A DNA stretch of 64,000 nucleotides from Limnochordia bacterium (GTDB taxonomy: Bacteria; Bacillota; Limnochordia; DTU080), in contig JBMNJG010000005.1 in assembly GCA_050951545.1 (NCBI GenBank), positions 160,001 to 224,000 on the forward strand, written 5' to 3'. This document shows, piece by piece, positions 48,541 to 57,970 of this stretch. Within the stretch, counting starts at the first letter, position 1. Every line of letters starts with the position of its first letter. The position numbers were made by a program, and so were the translations under genes. Under the pieces are notes generated by a model, which made no database searches, was not told the DNA's origin, and was given only the letters and a program-made list of their open reading frames with translations.

Positions 48541-49827
48541 CTACACACCCTCAGCGAGCAACGCCTGCGCCTGTTCGTGAATCCGCTGAACTGCTGCTTC
48601 GGGAGATAACTGCCCTTTCCACACCTGACCAGTGACGCTACTCACCAGAGACTCTAGACGCGCATCCTGGTACACATACGGAGCATAGCTTGCTGGATCA
48701 AACCCCGTGTCAACAAAGGCCATCCAGTTTTCGGGCAGTAAGTCCATGACCTTCGGGTACTGCAGCATGGCTTGGCGAAGGGAGGGCATCCGACCCGTGA
48801 CCTTCGTGAACTCTAGCTGGCTATTCACGTTTCCCGCGATGAACTTAACCCACCCCCAAGCCGCTTCGCGATGCTTACTGCTAGCCAAGACCTGGAAGCC
48901 ATCGGGATTCACGCGCGCAGCTCTGCTGGCCTCACCCTTCGGTTGAGAGGCGATGTCCCAGTTGAAGCTGACGTTGCGAAGGTAGGTGTTGATAACCCCG
49001 GGACCATAGGCGAGTGTCATGGCGGCTTTCTCATTCCACACCGTGTAGGAGCCACCCAGCGAGTCCACCTTATTCACGGCCATGAGGTCGTGCAACCAAG
49101 TCATTGCCTTGAGAACCTCGGGTGTGTTAAAGAAGCTCTTCGTTGGGAAGACCAAGCGATCCCAGATCTTGCCGCCTGCCTGATGTACGTGCATCTCCCA
49201 GCGCCAGTTCTGGCGATAGGTGCCGTAGATATCAGTCACTCCATCCCCGTTCGTGTCCGTAGTCAATCGCTTTGCGCTCCTGGAAAACGCATCCCAATCC
49301 CATTTCTCGCCTAACTGGGAAGGCGTAAGCAACCCCATCTGAGAGAACATGTCTGCATTAAAGAAGGTGACCATGGGGTAGATGCTGATGGGAAAACCCC
49401 ACATCATCCCGTTGGGAGCCTTCACTCCCTCCACTGCGGCAGGGGGCATCTGATTGACCGGAATGTTGTCGCGCTCAATGTAGGGCCGCAGATCCACAAA
49501 TACGCCCTGCGAGGCAAACGGCCCGGCGATAGCGGGATGGCCGTCTGTCACGTCTGGCGCCACCCCCCCTGCTAGCATCGATGTCAACTTAGGTTTCCAT
49601 TCCGCATTGCTACCAGTGACCAGAAAGCTGACCTTGACTCCTGTCTCTGCCTCGAATCTGGGAGCCATCGTCTCCAGGTACTCAAGCCACTCCCGGCCAT
49701 GCCCACTGTAGGTAAAGTGCGTGATCTCTACGCTCGCAGCGACAGCCATCGCTAGCCCACCTATCGTGACCAGCAACACCCCTACACAAACGATCCATCG
49801 TCTTGCCAATACGTGAGCGCTGCCCAT
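48541..49827 (-). CDS. Carbohydrate ABC transporter substrate-binding protein
   Basis: Signal peptide; FEAETGVKV, FFNADMF and WDWDAF..AKRLT.DTNGDG..DIYG motifs. Confidence 0.88.
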   Translation of the reverse strand: MGSAHVLARRWIVCVGVLLVTIGGLAMAVAASVEITHFTYSGHGREWLEYLETMAPRFEAETGVKVSFLVTGSNAEWKPKLTSMLAGGVAPDVTDGHPAIAGPFASQGVFVDLRPYIERDNIPVNQMPPAAVEGVKAPNGMMWGFPISIYPMVTFFNADMFSQMGLLTPSQLGEKWDWDAFSRSAKRLTTDTNGDGVTDIYGTYRQNWRWEMHVHQAGGKIWDRLVFPTKSFFNTPEVLKAMTWLHDLMAVNKVDSLGGSYTVWNEKAAMTLAYGPGVINTYLRNVSFNWDIASQPKGEASRAARVNPDGFQVLASSKHREAAWGWVKFIAGNVNSQLEFTKVTGRMPSLRQAMLQYPKVMDLLPENWMAFVDTGFDPASYAPYVYQDARLESLVSSVTGQVWKGQLSPEAAVQRIHEQAQALLAEGV

Positions 49828-49948
49828 GCTTGCGACCTCCTGTTCGCACCTCGGATGAGGCACAGATATAGTCTGATCCTTCAGCATGTGCGGCGGGCTA
49901 TCCTCCCCATGTGGGTTGCCATCGCGTGCGGATAAGCCCCCAGCCAGC

Positions 49949-52900
49949 CTACCGCACAGTGAAGTAGACGCACTGTGGATGATGGAAAACGATCGCGCTG
50001 ATCGAAGCTGCGGGATCCATCATTAGGGTCTCCGTGAGCTCAACCCCGATCTCTTCTGGCTGAAGTAGACGAAAGAGGTCCTTCTGCAAAGCGAGATCTG
50101 GACAGGCGGCATGGCCAAAGGAGTACCTACGTCCCCGGTAATGCCCCTGCAAGATCCGCTGTGTGGGTAGTGCCGGGTCATCTGGAAATCCCCACCAGCC
50201 GCGCATTCGGGCGTGTAGCCACTCCGCCGCTGCCTCTGCGGTCTCGATGGCCAGCGCCTGAAGTACATGACTGCGAAGGTAGTCCCCCTGCTCTTTGAGC
50301 CTCTCCGCCTCACGGGCGATCCCATGGCCGGCGGTAACCACGAAAAGGCACACACTGTCGCGGCTGTCACTCGTAACTGGTAGGGTGTAATCAGCCAAAC
50401 ACAAGCCCCGCTTGGCGTGCTGACGGGGAAACACCCACTCTGCGAGTACATCCCCGTTTTCAGGATGATACAGAATCAGGCAATCGCCTCTGCTAGCAGC
50501 GGGGAAATACTGCCAGACCGCACTGGCCCGCATCAACCCCTGGCGGCACTCGGCCTGCACCTCCTCAACCAACGCCCGCAGCATGTGGGCCCGCTCATCT
50601 TGGGCAGCCCAAGCCCGGTGCACTGGTGTCTTCAGCCCTAAGTGATGATTGTAGAGACTAATTGGATTCATGTAACCCCAGACACTATCCAGGTCGATGG
50701 CGGTCAACACATGTCTGTCGAAATCGGCCGGCTCGGGCACCGCGCTCGGCATGGATACTGCAGAAAGCTGCTGTGGTGCCGCGGCTGTGAACTCCCTACT
50801 CCCTAATGGCGACAGCTGAGCCGCCTCTTGCACCAACTGATCCACCAACACCTGGCGCTGGTCAGAATCCATAATCTGGTTGGCCAGCGCCAAACCATGC
50901 ATCACATCGCTGGCGTAGGCAACCAGACCCCCATAGGCAGGAGCGATCCTCTTGTGGGTAAAGCTCTGAGTGAGCGCCGCTCCGCCAACCAGCATCGGCG
51001 GACACAGGCCTGCTCGTGTGAGCTCCTCTGCGGTCACTACCATCTGTTGCGCCGATCGCACTAAGAGCCCCGACAGGCCTATAAGGTCCGGTTGGTGCTC
51101 CCGAACCGCTTTGACGAGCTCCGCTGGTGCCACCTTCGTCCCGAGATCGATGATGCGGTAGCCACTGTTTCCGAGAACCATTTCCACCAGATTCTTGCCG
51201 ATATCATGCACGTCTCCCTGTACGGTAGCCAGGATCACGGTTCCCTTGGTCATCAGAGCCGTCTGATCGATGCGAGACTCCAGATAGGCGACGGCGGCCT
51301 TCATGACCTCCGCGCTCTGCAACACCTCGGTAACGATCAGCTCATTGCGGTTAAACAACCGCCCGACTTCATTCATGCCCTCCATCAAAGGTCCGTTGAC
51401 GATCTCAAGGGGCGATGCCTCCTCAAGCTTCAGAGCCAGATCATCAACCAGCCCATTCTTGCTACCCTCAACGACATGCCTGGTCAGTCGCTCATCAAGG
51501 CTGAGTTGTGGGGTCGGAGGCGCCGTGCTCCTGACGTCCCGATAGTGCGCAGCAAACGTGCCGATTGTCTCGTCATCCGGACAAAAGAGCACCTTGAGTG
51601 CCAGGTCTCTCTCACGGGCGGAAAGACTTGCATAGCGCCTCAGTCGTTCGGTGTTCACAATGGCCAGGTCAAGACCCGCTTCCGTACACTCGTAGAGGAA
51701 CACAGAGTTCAGCACTTCACGCGCTCCAGGGGGTAGACCAAACGACACGTTACTTATCCCGAGCAGCGTCTTGCATGTCGGCAGAGCCTTCTTGATCAGG
51801 CGTAGCCCCTCAATTGTTTCCCGTACCGAGCCGACGTACTCCTTATCACCGGTGGCACACGGGAACACCAAGGGGTCCATAATGATGTCCGTGGGCCGCA
51901 TGCCGTACTTCACCACTAAGATCTCGTAGGCGCGCAGAGCGATCTCCAACTTGCGCTGCCGAGATACGGCCATGCCGCCTTCGTCAATCAGCCCCACGAC
52001 CAGGGCAGCCCCGTAGCGCCGGACAAGCGGAACCACCTCGTCAATGCGACGCTCGCCGGCCTCCAGATTCACCGAGTTGATAATTGCTTTCCCCTGACAG
52101 AACGTCAATGCAGGCTCAATCACCCGAGGGTCCGTGGAGTCGATCATGAGGGGCGCCCTCACCTGGCGAATGACATTGGAGAGAAGAGCCTCCATATCCT
52201 GACGCTCATCGCGGTCAGGATCACTCACGCAGATATCGAGGATCTGGGCTCCGCTGCGCTCCTGCCGCCGCGCCACTTCAGCTGCTTCCTCGTACTGGGC
52301 CTCGTGAATCAGACGGCGGAACTGACGCGAACCGATTACATTGGCCCGCTCACCAACCAGCACGGGCCGGTTACTCTCGCCGATCTCCAGATTGTCGATC
52401 CCGGAGACGAAAGTTGCAGTGATAGCCTTTGGGGTGCGTGGCGAGTAACCACTCACTGTCTCGACCAGAGCCCGAATGTGCTCCGAAGTCGTGCCGCAGC
52501 ACCCGCCCACGACGTTGAGCCAGCCTTGCTGAGCAAAGCGTTCAACCGCTCTCGCCATATGATGAGGCGTCTCGCCATAGTGTCCGTCCTCATCAGGCAT
52601 TCCCGCATTGGGCACACACGCCACCGCCACCGCGGCCCGCTCAGCCATCACTCGCAAGTGATCTGCCATCTGCTCCGGCCCGGTGGCGCAGTTGAGCCCG
52701 AGATACAGCAGATCTACATGCTCGAGACTTGTGATCAAGGCCTCCATATCTTGGCCAGCCAGCATGGTCCCCCCAGGCTCGATGGTGACCGAGACGGCTA
52801 CCGGAATAGGCCTGCCCCACTCCTGGGAGAGCTGCTCGATGCCCACCAACCCCGCCTTTATATTCCGCGTGTCTTGGCATGTCTCTAATAGAAGATAGTC

Positions 52901-53389
52901 AACGCCCCCATCAACCAGAGCTCGTGCCTGTTCCCGGAAAGCACGAACAAGCTGATCGAAACGAACCCCCCCTGTTACGGAGATAGCCTTGGTGGTTGGC
53001 CCCATAGACCCTGCTACAAAGCGAAGCTTGCCCGATGTGCTGTAGCGATCAGCCGCTTTTCGAGCGAGCCTGGCTGCTTCATAGGTAAGGGCGTAGGCTT
53101 GATCTGCGAGCTCGTACTCCGCCAAGACGAGGGAGCTGGATCCGAAGCTGTTGGTCTCGATGATATCAGCGCCTGCCCGCAGATAGCCCTCATGGATGGC
53201 CAGGATCACATCGGAGCGAGTTCTGACCAAGTGCTCGTGGCACCCCTCGTAGCGAGGGTCTCCAAAATCAGCGGCAGACAGGCCTCGTTGCTGAATCGCA
53301 GTGCCCATGGCCCCGTCGAGAACCAAGATCCGTTCCTGCAGCGCCCGACGAAAACGCTCGACCCGGTGATCCTGACTCGCCATGCTCAT
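49949..53389 (-). CDS. metH: Cobalamin-dependent methionine synthase
   Basis: LDGAMGT, GLNCATGP, GGCCGT, VGERANV, GDVHDIGKN and the activation domain RYSFGHAACP. Confidence 0.96.
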   Translation of the reverse strand: MSMASQDHRVERFRRALQERILVLDGAMGTAIQQRGLSAADFGDPRYEGCHEHLVRTRSDVILAIHEGYLRAGADIIETNSFGSSSLVLAEYELADQAYALTYEAARLARKAADRYSTSGKLRFVAGSMGPTTKAISVTGGVRFDQLVRAFREQARALVDGGVDYLLLETCQDTRNIKAGLVGIEQLSQEWGRPIPVAVSVTIEPGGTMLAGQDMEALITSLEHVDLLYLGLNCATGPEQMADHLRVMAERAAVAVACVPNAGMPDEDGHYGETPHHMARAVERFAQQGWLNVVGGCCGTTSEHIRALVETVSGYSPRTPKAITATFVSGIDNLEIGESNRPVLVGERANVIGSRQFRRLIHEAQYEEAAEVARRQERSGAQILDICVSDPDRDERQDMEALLSNVIRQVRAPLMIDSTDPRVIEPALTFCQGKAIINSVNLEAGERRIDEVVPLVRRYGAALVVGLIDEGGMAVSRQRKLEIALRAYEILVVKYGMRPTDIIMDPLVFPCATGDKEYVGSVRETIEGLRLIKKALPTCKTLLGISNVSFGLPPGAREVLNSVFLYECTEAGLDLAIVNTERLRRYASLSARERDLALKVLFCPDDETIGTFAAHYRDVRSTAPPTPQLSLDERLTRHVVEGSKNGLVDDLALKLEEASPLEIVNGPLMEGMNEVGRLFNRNELIVTEVLQSAEVMKAAVAYLESRIDQTALMTKGTVILATVQGDVHDIGKNLVEMVLGNSGYRIIDLGTKVAPAELVKAVREHQPDLIGLSGLLVRSAQQMVVTAEELTRAGLCPPMLVGGAALTQSFTHKRIAPAYGGLVAYASDVMHGLALANQIMDSDQRQVLVDQLVQEAAQLSPLGSREFTAAAPQQLSAVSMPSAVPEPADFDRHVLTAIDLDSVWGYMNPISLYNHHLGLKTPVHRAWAAQDERAHMLRALVEEVQAECRQGLMRASAVWQYFPAASRGDCLILYHPENGDVLAEWVFPRQHAKRGLCLADYTLPVTSDSRDSVCLFVVTAGHGIAREAERLKEQGDYLRSHVLQALAIETAEAAAEWLHARMRGWWGFPDDPALPTQRILQGHYRGRRYSFGHAACPDLALQKDLFRLLQPEEIGVELTETLMMDPAASISAIVFHHPQCVYFTVR

Positions 53390-55437
53390 TTGCCCACCTC
53401 ATCGCCTGATGACCGTACGTGCTGACGAACCTGCTCCACGAACGTGCAGATAGGCTCATGCTTGCCAAAAGAGAGCACCACGTAGATCCCGGCAATAAGC
53501 GAGCTGGCCTGCGTCACGAGTTCAGCGGCTTGCGTGAGGCCGACCCTGAGTCCATCGTCCCCGGCGAGTTCAAGCTCGCGGCGGATGGCCTCCGGCACAG
53601 TGATCCCGGGGACCTCATTGTGAAGGTAGACCGCATGCCTGTAGCTGTGGAGAGGCATCACTCCCAGCAAGATAGGCACATCGCAGCCCCCAATCTCATC
53701 CAAGACCCGATGCAACGGGGCCAGATCATAGACGGGTTGCGTCATCACAAACTGAGCCCCGGCTGCCAACTTCCGGCGAAAACGATCTGTCTCACGCGCC
53801 AGATCGTCAGCGTTCGGGTTCAGAGCACAGCCTACTGCGAAGTCCGTGGCCTGCCCAGTCGGGTTGCTAAGCAGGTCACGTCCAGCGTTGAGTTCGGTAA
53901 GCACACGGATAAGACCGATGGCGTCCACATCATATACCGGCGTTGCCTGCGTGACATTGCCCAACGATGGCGGATCGCCAGTCAACGCCAGTATATTGCG
54001 CAACCCCAAAGCATGGGCGCCCAGCAAATCGGATTGCAGCCCCATCAGATTGCGGTCCCGCGTTGTCAGATGCACAATGGTTTCCACGCCAACTCCATGC
54101 TCAATGAGATGCGCACTGGCCATGGCGCCCATCCGCACCCGGGCCATCGGACTATCTGCCACATTGATGCAGTCAACACTAGCAGCCTTGAGCGCTGTGG
54201 CAGCTTCGAGGAACTTCTTGGTCACCGAACCCTTGGGAGGATCCAACTCGACACTGATGACAAACTCACGGCCTAGGTTGGCCCGCAACCCTCGATCAGC
54301 TGCCCGGGGAGTAGCTTCCGTAACCTCCTCCACAGGACGAACCCGCGGGCGAAGAGGGCTCGTACCCTGACCAGCGGGGGCTGCCATCTTCCTCTCCAAC
54401 TTGACGCTTGGCGATACGGCCTTCGACGCCCCGACTGCGTCGCCGTTGGTGCTGTTGGTTTGCCGCGCGTCGAGATACTCTCTCATGGCTGCGATGTGCT
54501 CCGGTGTCGTGCCGCAGCAGCCGCCAATCAAGCGTACACCCCGACTGATGAACCCCTCCATCATCGCTGCGAAGTACTCCGGTGTGGCTGAGTAGAGCAC
54601 GCGGCCGTCTACGTATGCTGGCAGACCAGCGTTGGGCATGGCAGACCACATGACAGGGAACGTGATGCTTTCCTGCAGCGTCTCCAATGCCTCCACCACG
54701 TGGACAGGACCGCTGCTGCAGTTGACACCGATCACATCAGGGTAGGCCGCAGGATCCAAGTCGTTTAGGGCGGCCGCCACGCCCTGCGGCGTATACCCAG
54801 CGGCGGTGGCCTGCCTCACACCATTACCCAGACCCGGCAGATTACGGGGAGCACCATCTGGCCAGAAGGCGAATTGCACAACGATGGGCAGTTTGGAGAT
54901 CTCACGAGCAGCTCGAATGGCCTCACTCGCCTCCACGGGATCTGCCATAGTCTCGATAACGAAAAGATCGACACCACCGGCAAGCAAAGCCTCCATCTGT
55001 TCTCGGAAAAGAGCGCGCATCTCTCGCCGTCCCATTGTGCCCGCTACGCCAATTGGTAAACCTAGAGAGCCCACTGATCCCGCCACCAGGGCGGCCTCAC
55101 CAGCTATCTCGCGCGCTGCTCGAGCAATCTTAGCACCCCACACATTGATATCCCACACCCGCTCCTCCTGACCGCATTTCTGCAGTCTGATCCGGTTAGC
55201 ACCATAGGTGTTGGTCTCAATCAAGGATGCTCCGGCCTGCAGATAGTCCAGATGCGCCTTCTGGACTATCTCCCGATCTGATAGATTCAGACACTCAAAG
55301 GATCTCGCCGCCCGGTCACCTCGCTCGTGAAGCAAGGAACCCATGCCGCCATCAGCCAACAAGACCTCCCCCTGCAGACGTGAGAGGAATGCGCGCACAG
55401 CGGAAGGGACATCCGCTCTGCCAGTAAGTGGAGCCAT
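53386..55437 (-). CDS. yitJ: Bifunctional homocysteine S-methyltransferase / 5,10-methylenetetrahydrofolate reductase
   Basis: ADGGMGS, GVNCS and GGCCGTTPEHI, then VELDPP, NVADSPMARVRM, RDRNLMGLQSDLLG and HNEVPGI. Confidence 0.92.
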   Translation of the reverse strand: MAPLTGRADVPSAVRAFLSRLQGEVLLADGGMGSLLHERGDRAARSFECLNLSDREIVQKAHLDYLQAGASLIETNTYGANRIRLQKCGQEERVWDINVWGAKIARAAREIAGEAALVAGSVGSLGLPIGVAGTMGRREMRALFREQMEALLAGGVDLFVIETMADPVEASEAIRAAREISKLPIVVQFAFWPDGAPRNLPGLGNGVRQATAAGYTPQGVAAALNDLDPAAYPDVIGVNCSSGPVHVVEALETLQESITFPVMWSAMPNAGLPAYVDGRVLYSATPEYFAAMMEGFISRGVRLIGGCCGTTPEHIAAMREYLDARQTNSTNGDAVGASKAVSPSVKLERKMAAPAGQGTSPLRPRVRPVEEVTEATPRAADRGLRANLGREFVISVELDPPKGSVTKKFLEAATALKAASVDCINVADSPMARVRMGAMASAHLIEHGVGVETIVHLTTRDRNLMGLQSDLLGAHALGLRNILALTGDPPSLGNVTQATPVYDVDAIGLIRVLTELNAGRDLLSNPTGQATDFAVGCALNPNADDLARETDRFRRKLAAGAQFVMTQPVYDLAPLHRVLDEIGGCDVPILLGVMPLHSYRHAVYLHNEVPGITVPEAIRRELELAGDDGLRVGLTQAAELVTQASSLIAGIYVVLSFGKHEPICTFVEQVRQHVRSSGDEVGK

Positions 55438-55714
55438 CTCGCCAAATCCCTTCTAGTCTTACGGCTTCGTTCACAATGGAATCAGCCTGCGGATAATGAT
55501 AATGATCAGCCAACTTCAACACCACAGCGGCGATCACCTTTTCCAGAGCACAGTAGCATCACCAAGAACGAACGTGACCATTCCATGGTGCCCCACAAGA
55601 GGCGCAGGGGGTGACCGACACCCGCAATGAGTGGGTTGACTGCTTCGGGAAGCTGGCCGAGCAGTCGGCTGCCAGCGAAACGCAGGTCTGAAGATCCGGG
55701 CAGACAGAACCAGT

Positions 55715-55845
55715 GAGCATCGACCGCTTCTTACCGAATTGGGTGATGTAACCGGTGTGTGCACGGGTCTGCTTTGGCAGGACGGCACTGGTCACCGCTG
55801 CGGGCTAGCGCTGTCCTACCCAGATGCGCCCATCACGACCGGAAA
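55715..55845 (+). repeat. Upstream copy of the repeat family flanking the HTH-nuclease gene
   Basis: 55715-55754 matches 57308-57347 at 34/40; CGGGCTAGCGC..CCTACCC at 55801 recurs at 57601. Confidence 0.8.
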
Positions 55846-55991
55846 ACGTGCCATCGCGCCTCGCTTGGAAGAGCTCGGTGCACGCCGCCTCTGGTTTTGT
55901 CTGAATCGACCTTTTGGTGAAGGAACCCTACCGGAGAGTGTCGAACATGTATTCGGGACCCGAACAGACATTCTGGCTGGAGGTGGCACCC

Positions 55992-57020
55992 TTGGATATC
56001 GAAGAGGTTCGCGTGCCGATCTCGTTGCTGCTCACTAGCCAGTTAAGAGCGACGGATAAGGTAGTTTGGCTGGCTCTCACACTCGACGCTGAATTGGGGC
56101 AGCGAGCCCGTCTGTCGCCCACTCGCCTCGCTGCTCGTACCGGTTTGTCCCGACCCACCATCCGCAAGGCTACGGCAAAGCTAACCACTGAGGGCTGGTA
56201 CAATCTGCCCACAGGCGTCAACCGGGCCCCAGCAAAAGGGCTGTCGGGGCCAAGGGTGGTCATGCCTACTGAGCTGATCATCGCCACGGAGGTCAGTGCT
56301 CAGGCCAAGGTGGTCTATGGTGCACTGCAGGCCACGCCGGATTACCGTAATTTGCAGGGCGTGTTCACATATGCATCTGTGGCCCGGATGATGAGTCTAG
56401 ACGCCAAGACGGTCAAGCGGGCCGCTCGACAGCTGGCCAAGCTGGGCTGGCTGGAGACGCAGCAGGAGCACAAGCAAGCTCCCATTTGCTTCAGCCTCTG
56501 CAACCCGGTCGCCCGCAGGTACATGGATGAACTGCTAGCGGCGCAGCAGCGACTCGACGAGGCTGAGTTCTTCGGACAGACCTTGATGCAGGAATACCTA
56601 TCGGCTATTTTCGACTCCGATGACCATAAGGACAACGCGTCTCCCCGTTTTCTAGTCAACCCGGCTACTGGCATGTTACTGGAGCTCGACCGCCACTATG
56701 ACCTCGAGGCCGTGGCCTTTGAGTTTAACGGGCCACAACACTACACCCCTACCAAACGGTTCTCGGCTGACGTGGTCGCCAAGCAGATGGAACGTGACAA
56801 GACCAAGCGTGAATTGTGTGAGGAGAACAAAGTCACGTTGGTTGTGATCCATGCCAAGGACCTGTCCTGGCTCACCATGAAGTTCAAGGCTGGCCAACTG
56901 CTGCCGTTGCGAAGCGACCTTAACAAGAAACTCCTCAGGTACCTCGATCTGAGGAGTCGCTTCTACCGCGAGACGGCTAAGGGTGGCTGGGCGCCCACCA
57001 GTGACGCCGCCAACGAATAG
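55992..57020 (+). CDS. Tandem winged-HTH protein with C-terminal Vsr/DUF559-like PD-(D/E)XK nuclease domain
   Basis: Two internal repeats (VPISLLL..KVVWLAL..LAARTGLSRPTIRKA..L..EGW and MPTELII..KVVYGAL..VARMMSLDAKTVKRA..L..LGW). Nuclease motifs FLVNPATGMLLELD, AFEFNGPQHY and QMERDKTK..C....LVVI. TTG start after GGAGGT. Confidence 0.8.
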   Translation: MDIEEVRVPISLLLTSQLRATDKVVWLALTLDAELGQRARLSPTRLAARTGLSRPTIRKATAKLTTEGWYNLPTGVNRAPAKGLSGPRVVMPTELIIATEVSAQAKVVYGALQATPDYRNLQGVFTYASVARMMSLDAKTVKRAARQLAKLGWLETQQEHKQAPICFSLCNPVARRYMDELLAAQQRLDEAEFFGQTLMQEYLSAIFDSDDHKDNASPRFLVNPATGMLLELDRHYDLEAVAFEFNGPQHYTPTKRFSADVVAKQMERDKTKRELCEENKVTLVVIHAKDLSWLTMKFKAGQLLPLRSDLNKKLLRYLDLRSRFYRETAKGGWAPTSDAANE

Positions 57021-57300
57021 CCAACGACGGCCAAGAGTGCGCTATAGCCTCGAATCATCTCTCCCCCTTCACCAAAAGGGGTCTCAGCAACCTCTCGCTG
57101 CCGCTCGCTGAAGCGGGTGCCCCTATGCCCTCGCCCAGGTGCCCTCGCGACGAGTCGTGACAATAGCAGACCCGTGGTGCGCCAACGGGCGCTGCGCTTC
57201 CTGCTGTAACCGCCTCGAAATCACAATGTTGCGCCCAATAGCCATCTTGCCTTGCCCAGAACCCGCCTCGTCGCCTGGTCCACTTCCTGTGATCGAAGAT

Positions 57301-57561
57301 GAAACTGGAGCATCGCCCTCTTCTTGCCGATTTGGGCAATGTAACCGACCCCGGGCCCCGACCCGGGCCCCGACTCACCAGCCGGGTCCGGGACTGACGG
57401 AAGTGAAACTGGAGCATCGCCCTCTTCTTGCCGATTTGGGCAATGTAACCGACCCCGGGCCCCGACCCGGGCCCCGACTCACCAGCCGGGTCCGCGACTG
57501 ACGGAAGTGAAACCGAGTGGGCATCGCCCCCTTCTTGCCAAATCAGGCGATGTAACCGACC
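57301..57561 (+). repeat. 104-bp tandem repeat (two near-identical units plus a diverged partial third)
   Basis: Units start GAAAC at 57301, 57405 and 57509; each full unit carries an internal 12-bp duplication CCCGGGCCCCGA. Confidence 0.95.
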
Positions 57562-57801
57562 TGTGTATCGCCCACGACGAGCCTGGGCATCGACACACGA
57601 CGGGCTAGCGCGGCCCTACCCCGACCCAACTGATCACAGTCGGTGCAAACCCTAGCATGGAGGAAGACCACAGTCAGAATCCTAGTCATACTTGAAATGA
57701 ACTGGTGGGGCCTTTCCAAAGGCGGCGCAACAGCGATACGCGAATTCTCGTCACCGTATTCGCCCGTATTCCCCCGTGTTCACGCCGACGAGTATTCGCG
57801 G

Positions 57802-57830
57802 TTGCGTGGCTCGAGGGATAGTGCTATAAT
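57802..57830 (+). promoter_or_regulatory. Sigma-A promoter of tRNA-Arg
   Basis: TTGCGT-N17-TATAAT with extended TG. Confidence 0.8.
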
Positions 57831-57843
57831 GTGAAAGCGGTAG

Positions 57844-57920
57844 GCGCTCGTAGCTCAGCTGGATAGAGTGCTTGACTACGAATCAAGAGGCCAGAGGTTC
57901 GAGTCCTCTCGGGCGCACCA
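57844..57920 (+). tRNA. tRNA-Arg(ACG)
   Basis: Complete cloverleaf: GCGCTCG acceptor, anticodon arm CTTGA-CTACGAA-TCAAG, GGTTCGAGTCC T-arm, CCA end. Confidence 0.97.
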
Positions 57921-57921
57921 G

Positions 57922-57970
57922 CAAGAAACACCTCCACGAAGCGGTTTTCGGGAGGTGTTTCTTGTTTGTT
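57922..57970 (+). terminator. Intrinsic terminator after tRNA-Arg
   Basis: CAAGAAACACCTCC...GGAGGTGTTTCTTG followed by TTTGTT. Confidence 0.8.

Noticed and set aside
55534-55790. SAM-I riboswitch or T-box upstream of yitJ, and the short ORFs 55534-55788 and 55559-55795
   Set aside because: The conserved S-box and T-box motifs could not be found; the ORFs lack an RBS or recognisable motifs and overlap the repeat family.
57055-57501. ORFs 57055-57417 (-) and 57139-57501 (+)
   Set aside because: Low-complexity translations of the tandem repeat, with no RBS or domain signal.
57301-57561. CRISPR array
   Set aside because: The 104-bp period is too long, the intervening segments of units 1 and 2 are essentially identical, and no cas genes are in the window.
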